DNA of 57,755 nucleotides, the filler included, from Diploschistes diacapsis (Eukaryota): NCBI GenBank assembly GCA_023645945.1. It is 4 parts of 4 records of this genome, joined end to end, with 100 filler letters (N's around TTAATTAATTAA, not from the genome) between each part and the next. Parts side by side here need not be neighbours in the genome. Positions count along the whole stretch, not along the records: positions 14,510 to 28,905 come from JALAIB010000606.1; positions 29,006 to 43,331 come from JALAIB010000608.1; 2 more parts are not named here. One strand, given 5' to 3'. The position numbers and the translations under genes were made by a program. Below, piece after piece: positions 26,207 through 39,624 of the stretch. Position 1 is the first letter of the stretch. Each line of letters opens with the position of its first letter. Below the pieces are notes generated by a model. That model worked only from the letters and a program-made list of their open reading frames with translations, had not been told where the DNA came from and ran no database searches.

Positions 26207-28497
26207 TTACCCTGATATCAAGATCTTTTTTCCTTCTTCCAGCTCACCGACAGCCTTTTCGAGTTTAGTACGTGCACGCTTTACTCCGGAATCCTCCCCA
26301 GCAACTTCTTCAAGCTTGTCTGCCGACATTGCAGCCACGAATTCCGCCGAAAAGACTGTCAAGGGCGTCTCTGGTCCATTGACGAGAAGGTAATCCGCCA
26401 CCTGCATGCGAACATTGTCTACGAATCGTTTCCTTGCTAGCTTGTAGTACGAGCGCAGGATATCGTGGATCTCTCTGACTACGTGGTTGGTGTTGCTGAG
26501 GTTATTGTTATTTTTTATGTCATTCAGCCGAACCATTTGGCCAAATCCTTGAATGTCTACGACTCTGTCTTGGTTTTGCTCACGCACTCGGTTCTGGCGA
26601 CTGCATATCGTGAGTACTCTTTCGCGAAAGATTCGCCATGTACATTACCATTTCTCGAGATTATCGTTGAAATAGTGATTCAAGGTCGCCGGATTACCTT
26701 CGAGCTCGACCTTGAGTAGGAACTCTGCATGCGATATCGCAGCCGTATACTTCTGCCTCATCTCTTCACCAAGGAGGTCTTTGATTCCGTTTCGAACGCG
26801 TTGGTTCAGAGCAAGTCGTTCCAATACTTTCAGAAAAAAGGTATGAACGAGCAGAATGATGTCGTTAACGTAACCTTGGGCGAGATCCCGCCACTTTGCC
26901 GCCTGTTCCTTCATGGTAAGCCCAAGCAACGAAGCATCGAAGGTCCCCAGCTCGTATCCACGAGATCTCAAGTAAACTTCCTTCAACCATTCTGAGATGC
27001 CTTGGGGAAGTGCCAATTTCACGAAAGGTGCATGGTCTCCCACTATATCTTGAATGGCTTCATGGTCGCTCTGGTGACGAGTCTGTACTGAGTTTGTGTC
27101 CTCCAGTTTCGGTTCTTCGGACGGTGGCGCTTCTTGTTCATCAGACTGGCGTGGGTCAGTCTTTGCATCGAACTGGTACTTGTGTCCAGCAACTGCCATT
27201 GCTTGGGCGAATGTCTCTCCTCTATTAACGGCCATCGTGGCTAAGCGCAGCGATTCGTCATTATCGAAGAAGCTAGATCGGCCATACTCAGCTCGAGCGG
27301 CCAGGTCCACCAGGTGCGAGAATTGACCGGCGACATTTACCATGTAAGCAGTTAGCTCAGACTGACTCTGCCGTTTCGGGCCCAATTTGTGAAGCTGCTC
27401 TCTAGCAGACTTTAGCTCGCGGTCCAATTCTATCTTGACCTACAGGTTCGTTAGTCCAATCAAAAGTTCACCAGTTTGGAGGTCGGGCAATACCTTGGGA
27501 AACTCCCGTCGGATGTGGTTCTCTAAAACATCCTGAAGGCGGACCCTCAATGCTACAACACCTACGTCTCTTTTCTCAAGGTTGTTCCATGGCGCGGTCG
27601 TGGCAAAAAAAGCTTCCTCGAATCGTCGACGCTCATTTGCCGTATCCAGACGGTCTTTATGTCCGGGGTTGCGAAGAAGATGCCAGCCAAGGTGTAAATG
27701 ATGTGCTCGTCCTTCGATCATATCAATAATGCCGAATTCCGTGCCTTTATCGACAAGATCAGGTTTGGTTAGCACCCCTAATGTCCTCAGGCCTTCAGGA
27801 TCAAGTTCCTCAGCCCTTTCGAGAATTTCTTGCATGGCGACATCTGCATTGCATGGGATGACCGCGAGAATCACAGAACGGGGATTAGTCATGTAATTGC
27901 GGACCATCTGGTCAACCATTGCCATGTCATCCTTGGTGGTGACATTTGGAATTGCTCTTTTGAAGATCCCCGGGACGTCGATGACACTGAAGTGCTCTTG
28001 ATCAGGCCCTGTTAACTCCAGACGCAACACATCATTCGAAAACGTCTTCCGCTTTTCATCCTGGGTGACGCCAATTCCCATGACGGTTGTAACCTATCAC
28101 TGTCAGCATATCGCAATAGTTGTCCCTTTGTGCTTACTTCTTCCATTATGTCGGCGAAAGTTGCCGCTTCAAGCGTTTGCAAATCCGTCTTGTTCCATTG
28201 CTTAAGCCTCTCACCATACTCACTCGAGCTATCCTTCGCGGGAATGACGGATGCCGTGATATTTGTCTGTCTGGCCCTGCGGAAAGTAATTTGAGTTGCG
28301 AAGCGCGTGCAAAGCCCGCTGTCTCGAGGAAATGGCAAGCCGGTAAGTCCCTCGAGCACAGAGCTCTTGCCACTTGATTGGTCTCCCACAACCACCAATT
28401 GAGGAAGGTCAACATACTCTCCAACGTTACATTCGAAGAGCTTATCGATTTTGTCGAGTAGTGTGCTGTTCACGAGTCGAGGAGCCGGAGTAATCAT
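26207..28497 (-). CDS. Dynamin-family GTPase, fungal Mx-like accessory type, about 714 aa; 4 exons
   Basis: G1 LPQLVVVGDQSSGKSSVLEGL, G2 LCTRF, G3 IDVPG, G4 TKPD and a GED-like ILRSYYKLARKRFVDNV. Exons 28497-28138, 28093-27494, 27439-26649 and 26600-26207 sum to 2145 nt in frame. The start codon is uncertain. Confidence 0.93.
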
Positions 28498-28905
28498 CTT
28501 TCTTACGAGTAGCTGGCTGCTCGATCGTCCTGTGATCTTCGGGATTAGCTCCGAGTAGCTCAAACATATTATTTGACATCTAGGAGAAGGCGATACCTAA
28601 GCAGCGACAGGAAGAAGAAATTGAGGGGCAAGTCGGAGGCCAGTCTCTATATATTGGTATATGAAGCGTCCTGTAAAGGAATCTTGAGAATGATTGCACA
28701 CATGCAGGGACGCGATTTTTATTTTGAGCAACGAACACGTTCTATAATTTTAGTTCACCGCACGAAGCTGGCTTGTCTTATTCTATCTATTATAAAATTG
28801 TGTAATATATTTGGTGGCGCCCTAGTGATGCATTTTATTTAATTAATAATGCATTTTATTTAGTTCGCTGTGGTTCTGTTAGGTATTTAGATCTCTATAT
28901 AATTT

Positions 28906-29005
28906 NNNNNNNNNNNNNNNNNNNNNNNNNNNNNNNNNNNNNNNNNNNNTTAATTAATTAANNNNNNNNNNNNNNNNNNNNNNNNNNNNNNNNNNNNNNN
29001 NNNNN
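28906..29005. other. Artificial contig spacer
   Basis: N44-TTAATTAATTAA-N44. Confidence 0.98.
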
Positions 29006-29573
29006 GGTGGGAGACGAGGTGATCACGGCGGAGACGCTGATCAACAGCGCGGGCTTGGCGGCGATCGCGGTGTCGAACATGCTGTTGCCGCCGGAGAGGC
29101 ACTTGACGCCTTACTATGCCAAGGGCACGTATTTTTCGTATGCGGCGCCGAGGCCGAAGCCGAGCACGCTGGTGTATCCAGCGCCGGTGCCGGGGCATGG
29201 GGGACTGGGGACGCATTTGACGCTGGACTTGTCGGTGCCGCCACGGGTGCGGTTTGGGCCGGACGTGGAGTGGGTGGATGATCCGAGCGATTATGTGCCG
29301 AATGAGAAGAGGATGGAGGCGGCGATTGATGATATCCAGACATATCTGCCGGGGCTGGATAGGGGGGCGGTTCAGGTGGATTATTGTGGGATTAGGCCGA
29401 AGCTTGGGAGGTTGGGGGCTGTAGCTAGTGGGAAGGGGTTTCAGGATTTTTATATCAAGGAGGAGGAGGGGTTCAAGGGGTTTGTGAATTTACTGGGTAT
29501 CGAGAGTCCAGGGTTGACGAGCTCTTTGGCTATTGGGGAATATGTCGAGGAAATATTGTATGGGAGTCGGTGA
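29006..29573 (+). CDS. L-2-hydroxyglutarate dehydrogenase (FAD-dependent oxidoreductase), 5'-truncated
   Basis: LINSAGL, YYAKGTYFSY, LVYPAP..GGLGTHLTLDL, RFGPDVEW, DYCGIRPKL and FVNLLGIESPGLTSSLAIGE. The N-terminus lies beyond the contig edge. Confidence 0.92.
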
Positions 29574-30052
29574 TATGAGGTTAGTCTGGGCATGACCATC
29601 ACTCTCACTTAACAGCAGTTGCTGTAATGGAAACACAGGCTGATCTCCCTTTGTAGATGAGCCTCACAGGCACGGGCGTAGCTTGAAAAAGCGCCCTCAG
29701 CACAATACGCGCTTGTATACTCTAGCTTACTGAATTGTCTGAACATTACTGTGAATGCTGACATACTCCAGACATGTACAACTTAATAAAGCATAGTCTG
29801 AGCAAGGGGAATCTGTTCCATTGGCTGTTGCGATTGGACTCTGTAGATATACTCAGGAAATGACATACCTCTCCAGCATGTACTACCGAACAAGGCAAAT
29901 TGCCATCCTTCCAGCTTTTTGTACTTCACCACACTCGCTAAACCAAACGAGACAAACATCGGAATAGGCATAACCGTATAACGCCGCGGGATGATAACCA
30001 AGCCCACAAAACGAAAGCTTGCTCTCAATACATGAGCCAACACACCCCCTAT

Positions 30053-31810
30053 TTACCAAGCCTCAAGGGTGAATTCGTCAAACTCATCAGCAACCTCGGC
30101 CGCAGCGACAGCGGCAGCATAGCTTTTAGCCCACTTCATGATCATGGAAGCCAAAAGAGACAGCAGCACGAGGCTGGAATTCCTGACCGCCAAAGCCATC
30201 CTATGCAGGCTCAGTGTAAGCATAAGCTTCAGCGTCGCGGCTGGAAATATCAAAGGCGTTTCCCTCATCATAGGAAGCGTCACGCGAGTCGAGATCGAAG
30301 TCGCTATCATAGTAAGCATCGCGAGCAAATAGACCATATCATCGCTCTCGTAGTATGCTTCGGCTTTGGCTTCACGGGACTAGATATCGAACTCGGGCTT
30401 GTCTCAATAACTTGGCTCAGGGTAAGCATAGGGGTATGAATAAGCATCTGGGTCGGCATCGCGAGCGTAGAGGTAGCTGTAGAGTTCCTCCGGCTCAGCA
30501 TATCGAGCGCTGATGGCGTCAAGATTGTCGAAATCACGACGAGCTTTCTTGCCGCCCTTGGCTGGAGCAGGAGCAGCTGCTTGTTTGCCGCCATTGGCAG
30601 CCTAGGGATTGCTTCCTTTGCAAGTAGAACCACCCTGGACGGCGGCTCCTTTCTTCTTGTACCTACTGCTTGGGTTTTCAATTGCTGAAACAATATCTCG
30701 GGGCACATTGCCGCTGTAGACGATGGCAGTGGCAGCTTTGGAACCGTGGTTCTGTAATATAGCGTCACAAGGTCCTCGTCGTCCAGGGCCAGCCCACACG
30801 TACTGCTTTCCAAATGCACTGTTGGGCCAAACTTGTTTCAAAGCATCCGGAAACTTGGTCTTGTTCTGAATTGCTTCAATAATAGCCATTCCGGTAAGAT
30901 CTGTCATTTCCTATTAACACTATTCCCATTCAAGTATTGGATTCACTTACGCACTTCATTATCGAGCAAGCCTCCCAGGGTAGGATCAGAGCCCGATGTG
31001 CCCTTCGAGTCCGATTCCGCAGGCGCCTTCTGAGATGGCGCTGCTGCACTCCTAGGTGGTGCTGCCTTAGCACGGCGGTTGATTGAGCGAACTTCCCGCA
31101 TGCCGAAGTAATCCGGCACATCGCGGGTATAGATATTCTCGGAATCCGCTGACACCAAGCTGCGGACTCTAAGTATACGTCTGTACAGGGCGTTATCCAT
31201 GGCACGAGCATGAAGATCTTCCAAAGCCTGGGGCGTAAGATCCCGGACGGACCGCTTGGCGGGGGACATGGCTAGCGTGGGAGCAAACGTAGGATCGAGC
31301 TTTCCCCTACTACCTCCTTTGCCTCCAGGACCGGACGCCACGTTGTTGGCTCCACCACTTGCACCTGTGGCTGCTCCTCCAGGGCCGCTTTGCGAATTGG
31401 AGCCTCCACCATTACCAGTCCTAGCTACTGTTTTTGCAGATGAAGACGATGTGCCGCCATTTCCGCTTGTTGAAGCACCTCCCCCACTGTTTGTTCCCCC
31501 AACGGCTCCAGCTGGGTTGCCTTAAACGACTATGGGGCCTTCCTCGACTGGTCCTGCGTTGGTATTGACATTGCCACTAGCGCCAGAGGTACCTCCTGTG
31601 CTTCCACTTGTCCCACCCGTGATACCTCCAGCATTTCCACCTGGACCAGACCTTGCTCCGGTCCCTGAGCCACCACTTCCAGCATTGTTGCCTCCGGATG
31701 ATGAACTTCCACCGTTACCACCAGGCTGATTGGCGTCCACTGCGAGAGCAAGGGAAAGCACGGTGCCGAAGAGCATGAAGATCTTGATGATGGGTAGGAC
31801 GAAAGACCAT
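30053..31810 (-). pseudogene. Disrupted gene for a secreted Gly-rich protein with C-terminal Kex2/Ste13-type repeats
   Basis: Signal peptide MLFGTVLSLALAVDA at 31776. The Gly-rich frame continues through TAA at 31524-31522, then an intron at 30954-30911. Further in-frame stops occur at 30604, 30406 and 30382, with a frameshift near 30335. The tail has LYARDADPDAY, SREAKAEAY, LFARDAYY and SSRDAEAYAY repeats. Confidence 0.8.
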
Positions 31811-33564
31811 GAATGATAAATGAGGCGAGTTGGGATGAAAGAAACAATTCACCAGGCCCTGAAGCATGTGATGCGCAGCACTGGGTCTCTAGAGCGGAAA
31901 CGTTTCGAGCGAAAGTAGACGATCTGTATAGGATGGGCAAGCTATGCCAAAATTCTAGGCCTTCAGCACCCCCTCAGGGATAGTCTCAAAAGGCAGAGAT
32001 AATGCTCGCTGATCAAAGGTGTGTTGCATATGGTATTATTCGATAGCAGTTGCAGATAGGCGCATACGCAGCAGTATGACACTAGGTTTGCGTTTGTATT
32101 TTGACGAGAGCTTGATAATTCTTGTACGAGTTGGATTTGATTTTAGGACTGTATGACGGAAAGCTTTGCGGCTTAACCTTTCATCAGGTCACATCATGAA
32201 ACCATGACCGGATTGCCTAACTCAATAACACAGCGAAAACACAGTTCCCTAGATAAGAGAGCAGGAAGCGCTTATCAAGACGAACCAACAGATAGTTTGT
32301 CTTAAACATAAAGAATGAATGGCAGCAGGTAGTTGCGTGGCTTGCTATTAATTTTCAGGCGAGTAACGTAGTAAGTGCAGCCAGTAAAAGAAAACTTAGC
32401 CCTAAAGAAGACAGGAGAGATTATTGATACGAGCCATGATTCCTGGCACTCTTACAGTGCCTCTCAGATGCGAGATCTGCCATGAAGCGCTAGCCAGCTC
32501 GACCCGTTTCCAAAGACAGGGCAGAGACGGCATAATTAAGGCATGGAGGTAGAACAATCGAGCCCTCAAATGCGGTAGACTGACACGTTGCGAACATAAA
32601 GGTGTCAGAACCCATAAATGGCTTTCAAGTAACACGATGAAAGCTCAACTATGGCACAGCGCAATACCGGTCGCTTCGTTTACGAACTTACCACAGCTTT
32701 GGGCGATTGCCGCTGTGCTTATGATGCTGTACTAATGCGGTGCATATAGCTAAGCTGTCAGCCATTTTGGATATCATCACAAAGGTGCATTCCCTCCGTG
32801 CAATCTGGCTTGTTGGTCAAGTAGTTCCTGAAAGATATTATACTAAGGTAAGATATTGTGCAAAAGAATGCGACTGCCACAGGGATCTCGTGGAAGAGAA
32901 AAGAAGCAAGGGTACGGCATCCTAAGTATTCCTGTGAAGCAAGTGTAGTTCAACTCTGTTTATATCTTTTCCGGCTAAACATCAGACCGACGCCGCCTGG
33001 CTGTTGCGGTTAGCGCGACTCCTCGCCTTGCACCGTTAGACATCAATCTTATATTATATATTAAGCCTGTACATCATGGACTTGATATTACGGCCCTGAC
33101 TGTAGCCGAATCAGCATATACAACTTTTGAATACATTAAATCAGACGGCTAGGCTATAAATTCTGGAGCGAGGAGGTACGCAGTCATTATCTTCGACAAT
33201 AGCCCATACATTTTCCTTCCTATACTTGAGGCTATGTTGCAGACTTGCATTATACGAAGTAACGAATTCTCTTCCTATGTTACCAGCTTTTTGCCTTGTC
33301 GAGGCAGCTCCTTTCAAAGTCGTGTTTCGCTGCTGTGGTATGGCAAAGCTTTCGCCATGTCTAGCCTAACATGTTCATCTCCTTTTCAAGGGGCGCTTCG
33401 CCGTGTCGAGGCCGCAAAAGTTTCTTGCTCCTGCTACCGTGGCAGCCTCTACTTCAAAAGCTGTGCCAGGAGGAATCCTGTCTTCCTTAAGTTCTTGGAT
33501 CTCTGGGGAGAGAAAGCTTCTTCCCATATATGAAGCCAAATCCGGTCTCTCCCCATCGTCCACT

Positions 33565-34812
33565 ATGTACGATACAGTTCTCTACTTCGTTCTTGCCCAT
33601 TGTCTTCTTTTCACAGACTTGAGTTATGTCCCACCAGCCTCTTTTTTACGGAAGCTCTTCTTGCTCCTCATAATTGCTTGTTGTATTCTTGCAGTCCGGA
33701 GCCCAACGACTGCATTCTTCCCTGCCAGGATCGGCCAGGACTATGTGATAGGCTTCATCTTCCACGCCAGCCACTTTCTTTGCCTTGTCCAGCTTTCCCC
33801 ATCTCTATCATGGGATGGTCAACAGCGGAACCTCTGGGCTTTCAACCAGCTATTCGCAGCCAGATGGAGCATCGCATATATCCCGCCTTTCCGCAAGAGT
33901 GATCCACAGTATGTCCCCGCGAGGTACAAAACTCTTTGTCTCGGGGTTGTGGACCTTCATCTGGGCTTCCGGACTTGTCTGGCTTCTTGACGCGCTTCAG
34001 TTGAAGACTGACCCCTCTAACTTTTATGGGGTACCTAAAGGCTTTCTCCGGCGCTTCAGTGACCTGCAGTCCCGAGAGATGGTCATCCCAAATTATTTCT
34101 TCTTTGCAGGTTATGGCTCAGCTTACCTGACCCCGCTCGCGGCTCACAGCCTAGCAACTTGCCTCGCCCTTGCCCTTGGCGACACACCTGAGCACTGGCC
34201 ACCGCTATTCTGGAGCGTCGGAAATGCCTATACCCTCCGTCGTTGGTATTCGTAAGTACAATTTGCTCACAGGATCACTTTAGATATTCACAGTCTACAG
34301 GTTGTTCTGGCACCACCTCATGAGAAAAGCCTTCACATCCCACGCAGTATTCATAGCCACCCGCATCCTCTGACTGCCGAAGAACGGCCAAGTCACCCGT
34401 TACCTGATCATCGTCTTCACCTTCCTAATCTCCGCCGTGCTGCACATCCTAGCAAGCCCTGGGATCGAGCTCTGCAGTACCTAGCCGCAAGTCCGCTACT
34501 ACCTGAGCACCATTGGCGCCATCATCCTCGAGGACGTTGTGATAATGGCTATGAGCGTCTCATAACCGCCAAGACTGCGGGTCCGTCGGTTACTGCCAAT
34601 AGAAAACCACGCGAAGCAAAACACTCGCAAGACATGGAAAGAGCCAACGGTAAATCGCGTGCAGGAAAGCCACCCCATCGCTTCCACACAGTCGCGTTAT
34701 GTCGGAAGCGGGGGCGAGTTACTTATGGACGCTCATAGGGAACACGTGGGTGATTAGCTTCCACGTCTGGGCAGGATCGAAGCTGGTCTATGGCGTATAC
34801 GCTAGCTGCTAG
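33565..34812 (+). pseudogene. TRI7-like / wax-synthase (MBOAT_2) membrane O-acyltransferase pseudogene
   Basis: IPPFRKSDPQYVP, WPPLFWSVGNAYTLRRWYS-intron(34252-34300)-LFWHHLMRK, FLISAVLH and AIILED. Frameshift near 33925, in-frame TGA at 34371 and TAG at 34482, and further frameshifts after 34545. Confidence 0.85.
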
Positions 34813-36732
34813 TCTCTGTCCCTCTACATGGTACCGAAATTCCGTTTCGAAAGATGTCTTCTCGCGCCTCGCACAGTGCCGGACCGCCTCATCTCCACCC
34901 CATCAACGCCTCGCTAACCCCCGTAATGCGGGGAGCACCCCCAAACCTCAGCTTCAGCAAGTCCGAACCATCGCCCTCGGAATTCGCCCAAAGGTCGTAT
35001 CTCTGACCCCCTCAAAGACGTAAGGTGAAACCCAACCTGCGTAGATCGGCCGTATCATCTTCCGAACCATCGTCACCTGGAAACCAATGCCAGTCGGTCA
35101 GGTTTTGCCTAACACTTCTACAGAAAGTGCCGTTTCGCCTAACTCTTCGTTTGCATGCTGTCAGGCCTGATCTCGAGTGCCGCAAGATTAGGCGAATATG
35201 CAAAATTCGCACACGCAGCCCCCTTTCCAAGACCTGTAGCACACCTCGTACTTTTGGTGCTCCTGGTGATTTTTAAGCAGTCGATAGATCTCAGCAGAGC
35301 TTCCTCCCCTTCATATAATCCCCATTGTGGCAGTGATGTAGGGCAGGGTAGGGACAAAACGCTCGGCTGGGGCCGAGCGCGCTCTTGCGTATCCGATTGC
35401 ATACACGGTATCGTGTACATCAGTATGTAAATCTCGAGATACTTTGCAGGGGCGTGGCGGATGGGTTGTACGGGCTTCGCCTGGAATTCCTTTATAGTCC
35501 TGCTGTGGACGAGTGCCATTCGTTCATTGCGGTGTTGAATGACGAGATAAAAAGAACTACACATTGTGTTCCCGTGGGATATTTGATATCCAATACAATC
35601 GCTGTGAATACCCACCTGAAAGCTCGAACCTTGTAGCTGTTTCAACCCGTCGCGGCTCTATTTCTGCTTTCAGTTTTTTGCAGGCATATATATAGCAAGC
35701 AAACCAGGCAGCGGCTACTGCTACTCCTTTTCCACTCGTGCCAGCCCATGGCGTGAGCTGCGAATCTCCATCTTGCCTCGCTGAACCCTCGCCTACCACC
35801 GACACCAACTACAAGCCTTGTGCACCTTCGAGGGGAAATGCGGTAAGATGCCTGTACTCTTTCTTCCTCCTTCCCCTTGCAGTCCCTCGCAACATGCCCA
35901 AACTCGATCTCCTCCACCCATCCCCCACTTGCATAATTCCATGGCGGAATCGGGGTATGGAGTGGCTAAGAGTGGTGAGGGGAGGAGGATTGCAAGTAAG
36001 ACAAGGGGGAGACATTTGAAGAGCAGAAACCGAGAATAGGAAACTGCGGAGGCTATAGCTTGGGTTTGTTGGATTCTGCCAAGGTGTAAGGTATCGACCC
36101 TGTTGTTGGGAGAGCTCCGGGCTACGGTGCAGATGCATCCGATGTAAGCTTGTCGCGTACCTCACCTTGCTTATCGACAGGGATACGGTCTGGTAAGGTT
36201 ATTAGACTGGCGAGGAAACTGATATAGTGGCGCACGTGACTCGAGCGAGCTGATGCCGAAGGTTTTATTATTCTCAACCTGTTTCTAGGTCGGATGGCGA
36301 ACCCAAGGCTCTTGTTGAGACCCGTGAACAAGTTCCAGAGCCGATCCGCGCAAGCAGGGCGCGGTCGAGGCATATAAGGGGAGAACGAACCTCGATGAAG
36401 CGAACAATAACCGAGACTGGGTTAGAGGGCAAGTTCATCCCTCCCTGTTCGTGGAGACGCTTGCTTCGAATATGAAGTAGCCTGTAGGGGTGGCAGTTAT
36501 GTTAACTGCCAACTCCCAGATCCAAAATCTTGCAGGATTTCCCGTAGAATATCTGCAAAGGTATAGTGTCATCATCATAAAGTAGTCCCGCCTGTAACGG
36601 GTGATAAATTACCGCTAGATATGTGTTATCGCTGCTTGCTAGCTAAATAGCAGAGTTTTATTGACAGCGAAGAGTAAGAAGCACAGTATCCGAAAAGTCG
36701 AATAGTTCCGGATCGTTGTATCTCAAGCCTTC

Positions 36733-39624
36733 TCAGCCCAACGACAAAGACGTTTGCTTCTGGTACCAGCCATTTATGTCCAGCATCATGACCAGGCTCT
36801 CAATACCTTCGAAGTGCGACTCGCTGACTTTCCAATCATGCGTAAACATCATAGATTCGAGATCCCTAGACTTGCCGACTTTGTAGGCTCCTTTCTCACT
36901 CAGTCTCTTGCAGACAGCGATAAACAATTTGGTCTTTTCTCTAAAGGCTGTGAACAGAGCCATGACTTCTTCGACTAGCGTCTCGTCCTTTTGTTCCTCT
37001 AGTCCTGATAGCTGAGTGAACTCAAGAATGTTGCCTAGGATGTCCACTAAAAGTTCCATGACCTTCTCTTGCCGATTCCTTAGTAATAAGTCAAAGAGAA
37101 GCTGATCCAGCATAGCCTCGTGGAGAGTTTTTAGTTGATACAGCCCATCATGTTCACTGACATGCTCTGGTCTGCTCTCCAGACTGTGAGCTAGCGACTT
37201 GAGGATACGGTAAAACCTCGTCCACAGAGAAGAAATACAGGAGTGGATGTAGAGCGTCAGAGAATGGACAAAGTGACGAGCTTCGACGTGAAAGCGAGTT
37301 AAAATAACAAAGGCCTTCCCTGACTTGATTTTCAAAGCCCGACCGTGCGTACGAAAGAAGTGTGTGGCGGCAAACGAGACGCGGCACAAGCGCATTTGTA
37401 AACGGAAGATGCGGTCATACTTGTCCAACGCCGCCTCAGAGATTATAGCGTCGAGTGGTGGGGATGGACGATACTGCAGGCGAAGAAAGTCAAGAGCCTG
37501 GAGTGACTTTGAATCCAGACATGCCTGGATTTCCGGCTCCGAGAGGTTACGAATGGCAAAAGACAGATTTCCAGGTAGATCATCACTTTCGTACGAAGGT
37601 CGCCCTGGAAAAGCTGTTTGGTAGCATTCCGAGAGAATACCCATCAAAGCCAGGCGGAGTTCCGCGCTTGCTGGAGGCCAAGTTTCACGCAACCCCATAC
37701 GCAATCCCATCACTCCCGAACGAGCATGACCCTTGCGACGCTCTGCAGAGGGGAGGGTCGAGGAGAATAGCGCCTGACTCAGACGAGCAGAGAATATCCC
37801 GCAACCCAGCAATTGGAATTGGTGTTGCAACTCGAGATGATGTAGTAGGTTATACTTATGGAAAAGCATCTTCAGACAGGCATGATTCACTAGTCGAGAT
37901 TGAGCTGAAAGAACAGGATGAAAGGAAGCTGCGCAAGCCATCGATAGAGGCGGTAGAAAATCCGATGGTTTCTCATCGTAATCCGTGCTCAACAATGCAT
38001 GTTCAATTACTTGCCGCAACAGCTCGGTACGGCGACCTGAGCCCGTATCTCCTGGAAGGGCGTCAAAAAACTTGTAGGATCTGAAAAATTGTTCTGCAGT
38101 CTGGCCATCAGTGTATGCAATTGAACTAGCTGTTCCCTGAAAACATTCATCTCGTCTTACTGCTGTATTTGTCTTGTAGGGTAGAGGTCCATCGACGAGG
38201 GCTTTTCTGACGTTCTCTTCATGCGCCATCGCTTTGCTCTGTATTCGTTCAATGTCGTCCCACCCGAACACCATTTCCAGCAAAGTCCCATCGTTACAGA
38301 ACTCGCTTTGATTTCTAACAAGAATGTTCTCCTCATCGTGGACTTTAAGCATCTCAAGGTCTTGGGTAGTATTGATGAACAGCTCCTTCTGCTCGTGAAC
38401 TAAGAATGAAGGCAGATCGTGCTCCAACAGCTGCGATTTAGTCGCATCATCTAGATCTACTCGAAAGAGCCACTCAAGCTGTATATCTATACTCGAATTC
38501 GATTGCTGACCAGGCCCTAGTCCAAGTTTTCCATTCATGGCTTGAAGATAAGGTTTCGCTATCCTCTGTAGGATAAGAAGAGCGACAGGTCGGAACCACG
38601 GATCGATAGATTCGAAGCCCTCCACGAAGCTATAAACCTCTTCGAGTACCTCAACATCGCGCACCGATGACTTTATCCTCTTTATCAGAGCTGATGATCT
38701 GGTCAACATCAGCTTCGGCCGTCTGAATGTTTCCTGTAGCTGAAGTATTGACGCAGGCCTTGTTGACATGAGTAACAAGCAAGTTTTGAGCGACTCTACA
38801 ACTTCCTCAATGACGGCAGCTGCAGCAACTGTAGAGGGATAAGAGGCGGGTTCTTTATAGATTTCTCTTATAAAATCATGAATAGAGTGGAAAAGCTGTC
38901 CAATTTCGCCAAAATCTTGGATCAAGCCGGCAGTAAGCTCTGTGCTTAATCCTGAGCTGCTGATAAAATTTGCTCTGGTGCATGCTTTTCCGCCATTGAA
39001 GCGGAAGAGAGCAGAGCTAAAGCCCAGGGCTAGTTCAAATAGTCCCGTCACGACAAAATTTCTGGGGTAAATCTCGGCCTGCTTCGCAGGCTGCTCTCCC
39101 TGGTCGTTCTCGCTTCTAGATTCAATATGCAGCCAAGCGGCGTCCCATATCTCAGGACTCGCCTCACTCAAGTATAGCTGCTTTTCCTTGAAGGTTTTGT
39201 CATAGAATTGCTCCCACGTTCCAGCATTCTTATGTGGCGCATCAAACTTTCCGAAAGAGGATGATACCCACACATCATCGTTGTCCTTTCCAATGTCTTG
39301 CTCATGCTCAATATCCGTAGATAGTTGCGATTCTTCAGCAGATACTACGTCGTCAAGTATGCCGTAGGTGAAGTTCTCGAGCTCTGGTAGTTTCAGGGTC
39401 GCAGCATTTTCCAGGTCATGTAAATTAAATTGGGAGATCTGAGATACTACCATTCATCATCAGCAGAGCAGGAACGACTTTCTATCGCGAATTGCACCTA
39501 TGGTCTGGGGCCTGGAAAGCGGGAGGACGTTCTCCTGGCCCTCTAGCGGAAGCGGGTTGAATCTCCATGGATCTGGAGCCAAAGAGGGAGCTTTGTCCTC
39601 ATGACAAACGGTTTGGATGGCCAT
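36733..39624 (-). CDS. Gamma-tubulin complex component (Spc97/Spc98 family, most likely GCP6), about 946 aa; 2 exons
   Basis: LLHHLELQHQFQLLGCGIFSARLSQALF, WPPASAELRLALMGIL, LPGNLSFAIR and ALDFLRLQYRPSPPLDAIISEAALDKYDRIF. First exon 39624-39498 and intron 39497-39447 are phase-consistent. Confidence 0.88.

Noticed and set aside
33565..34812. Premature stops rescued by A-to-I editing or readthrough
   Set aside because: Frameshifts accompany the stops, so recoding alone cannot restore the protein; the same holds for 30053-31810.
26207..34812. Gene cluster linking the dynamin, L2HGDH and the acyltransferase
   Set aside because: It spans an artificial spacer between unrelated contigs.
35642..35917. 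GHVARDC zinc-knuckle / Gag remnant
   Set aside because: The first two Cys of CX2CX4HX4C are absent, and no LTR or pol sequence is visible nearby.
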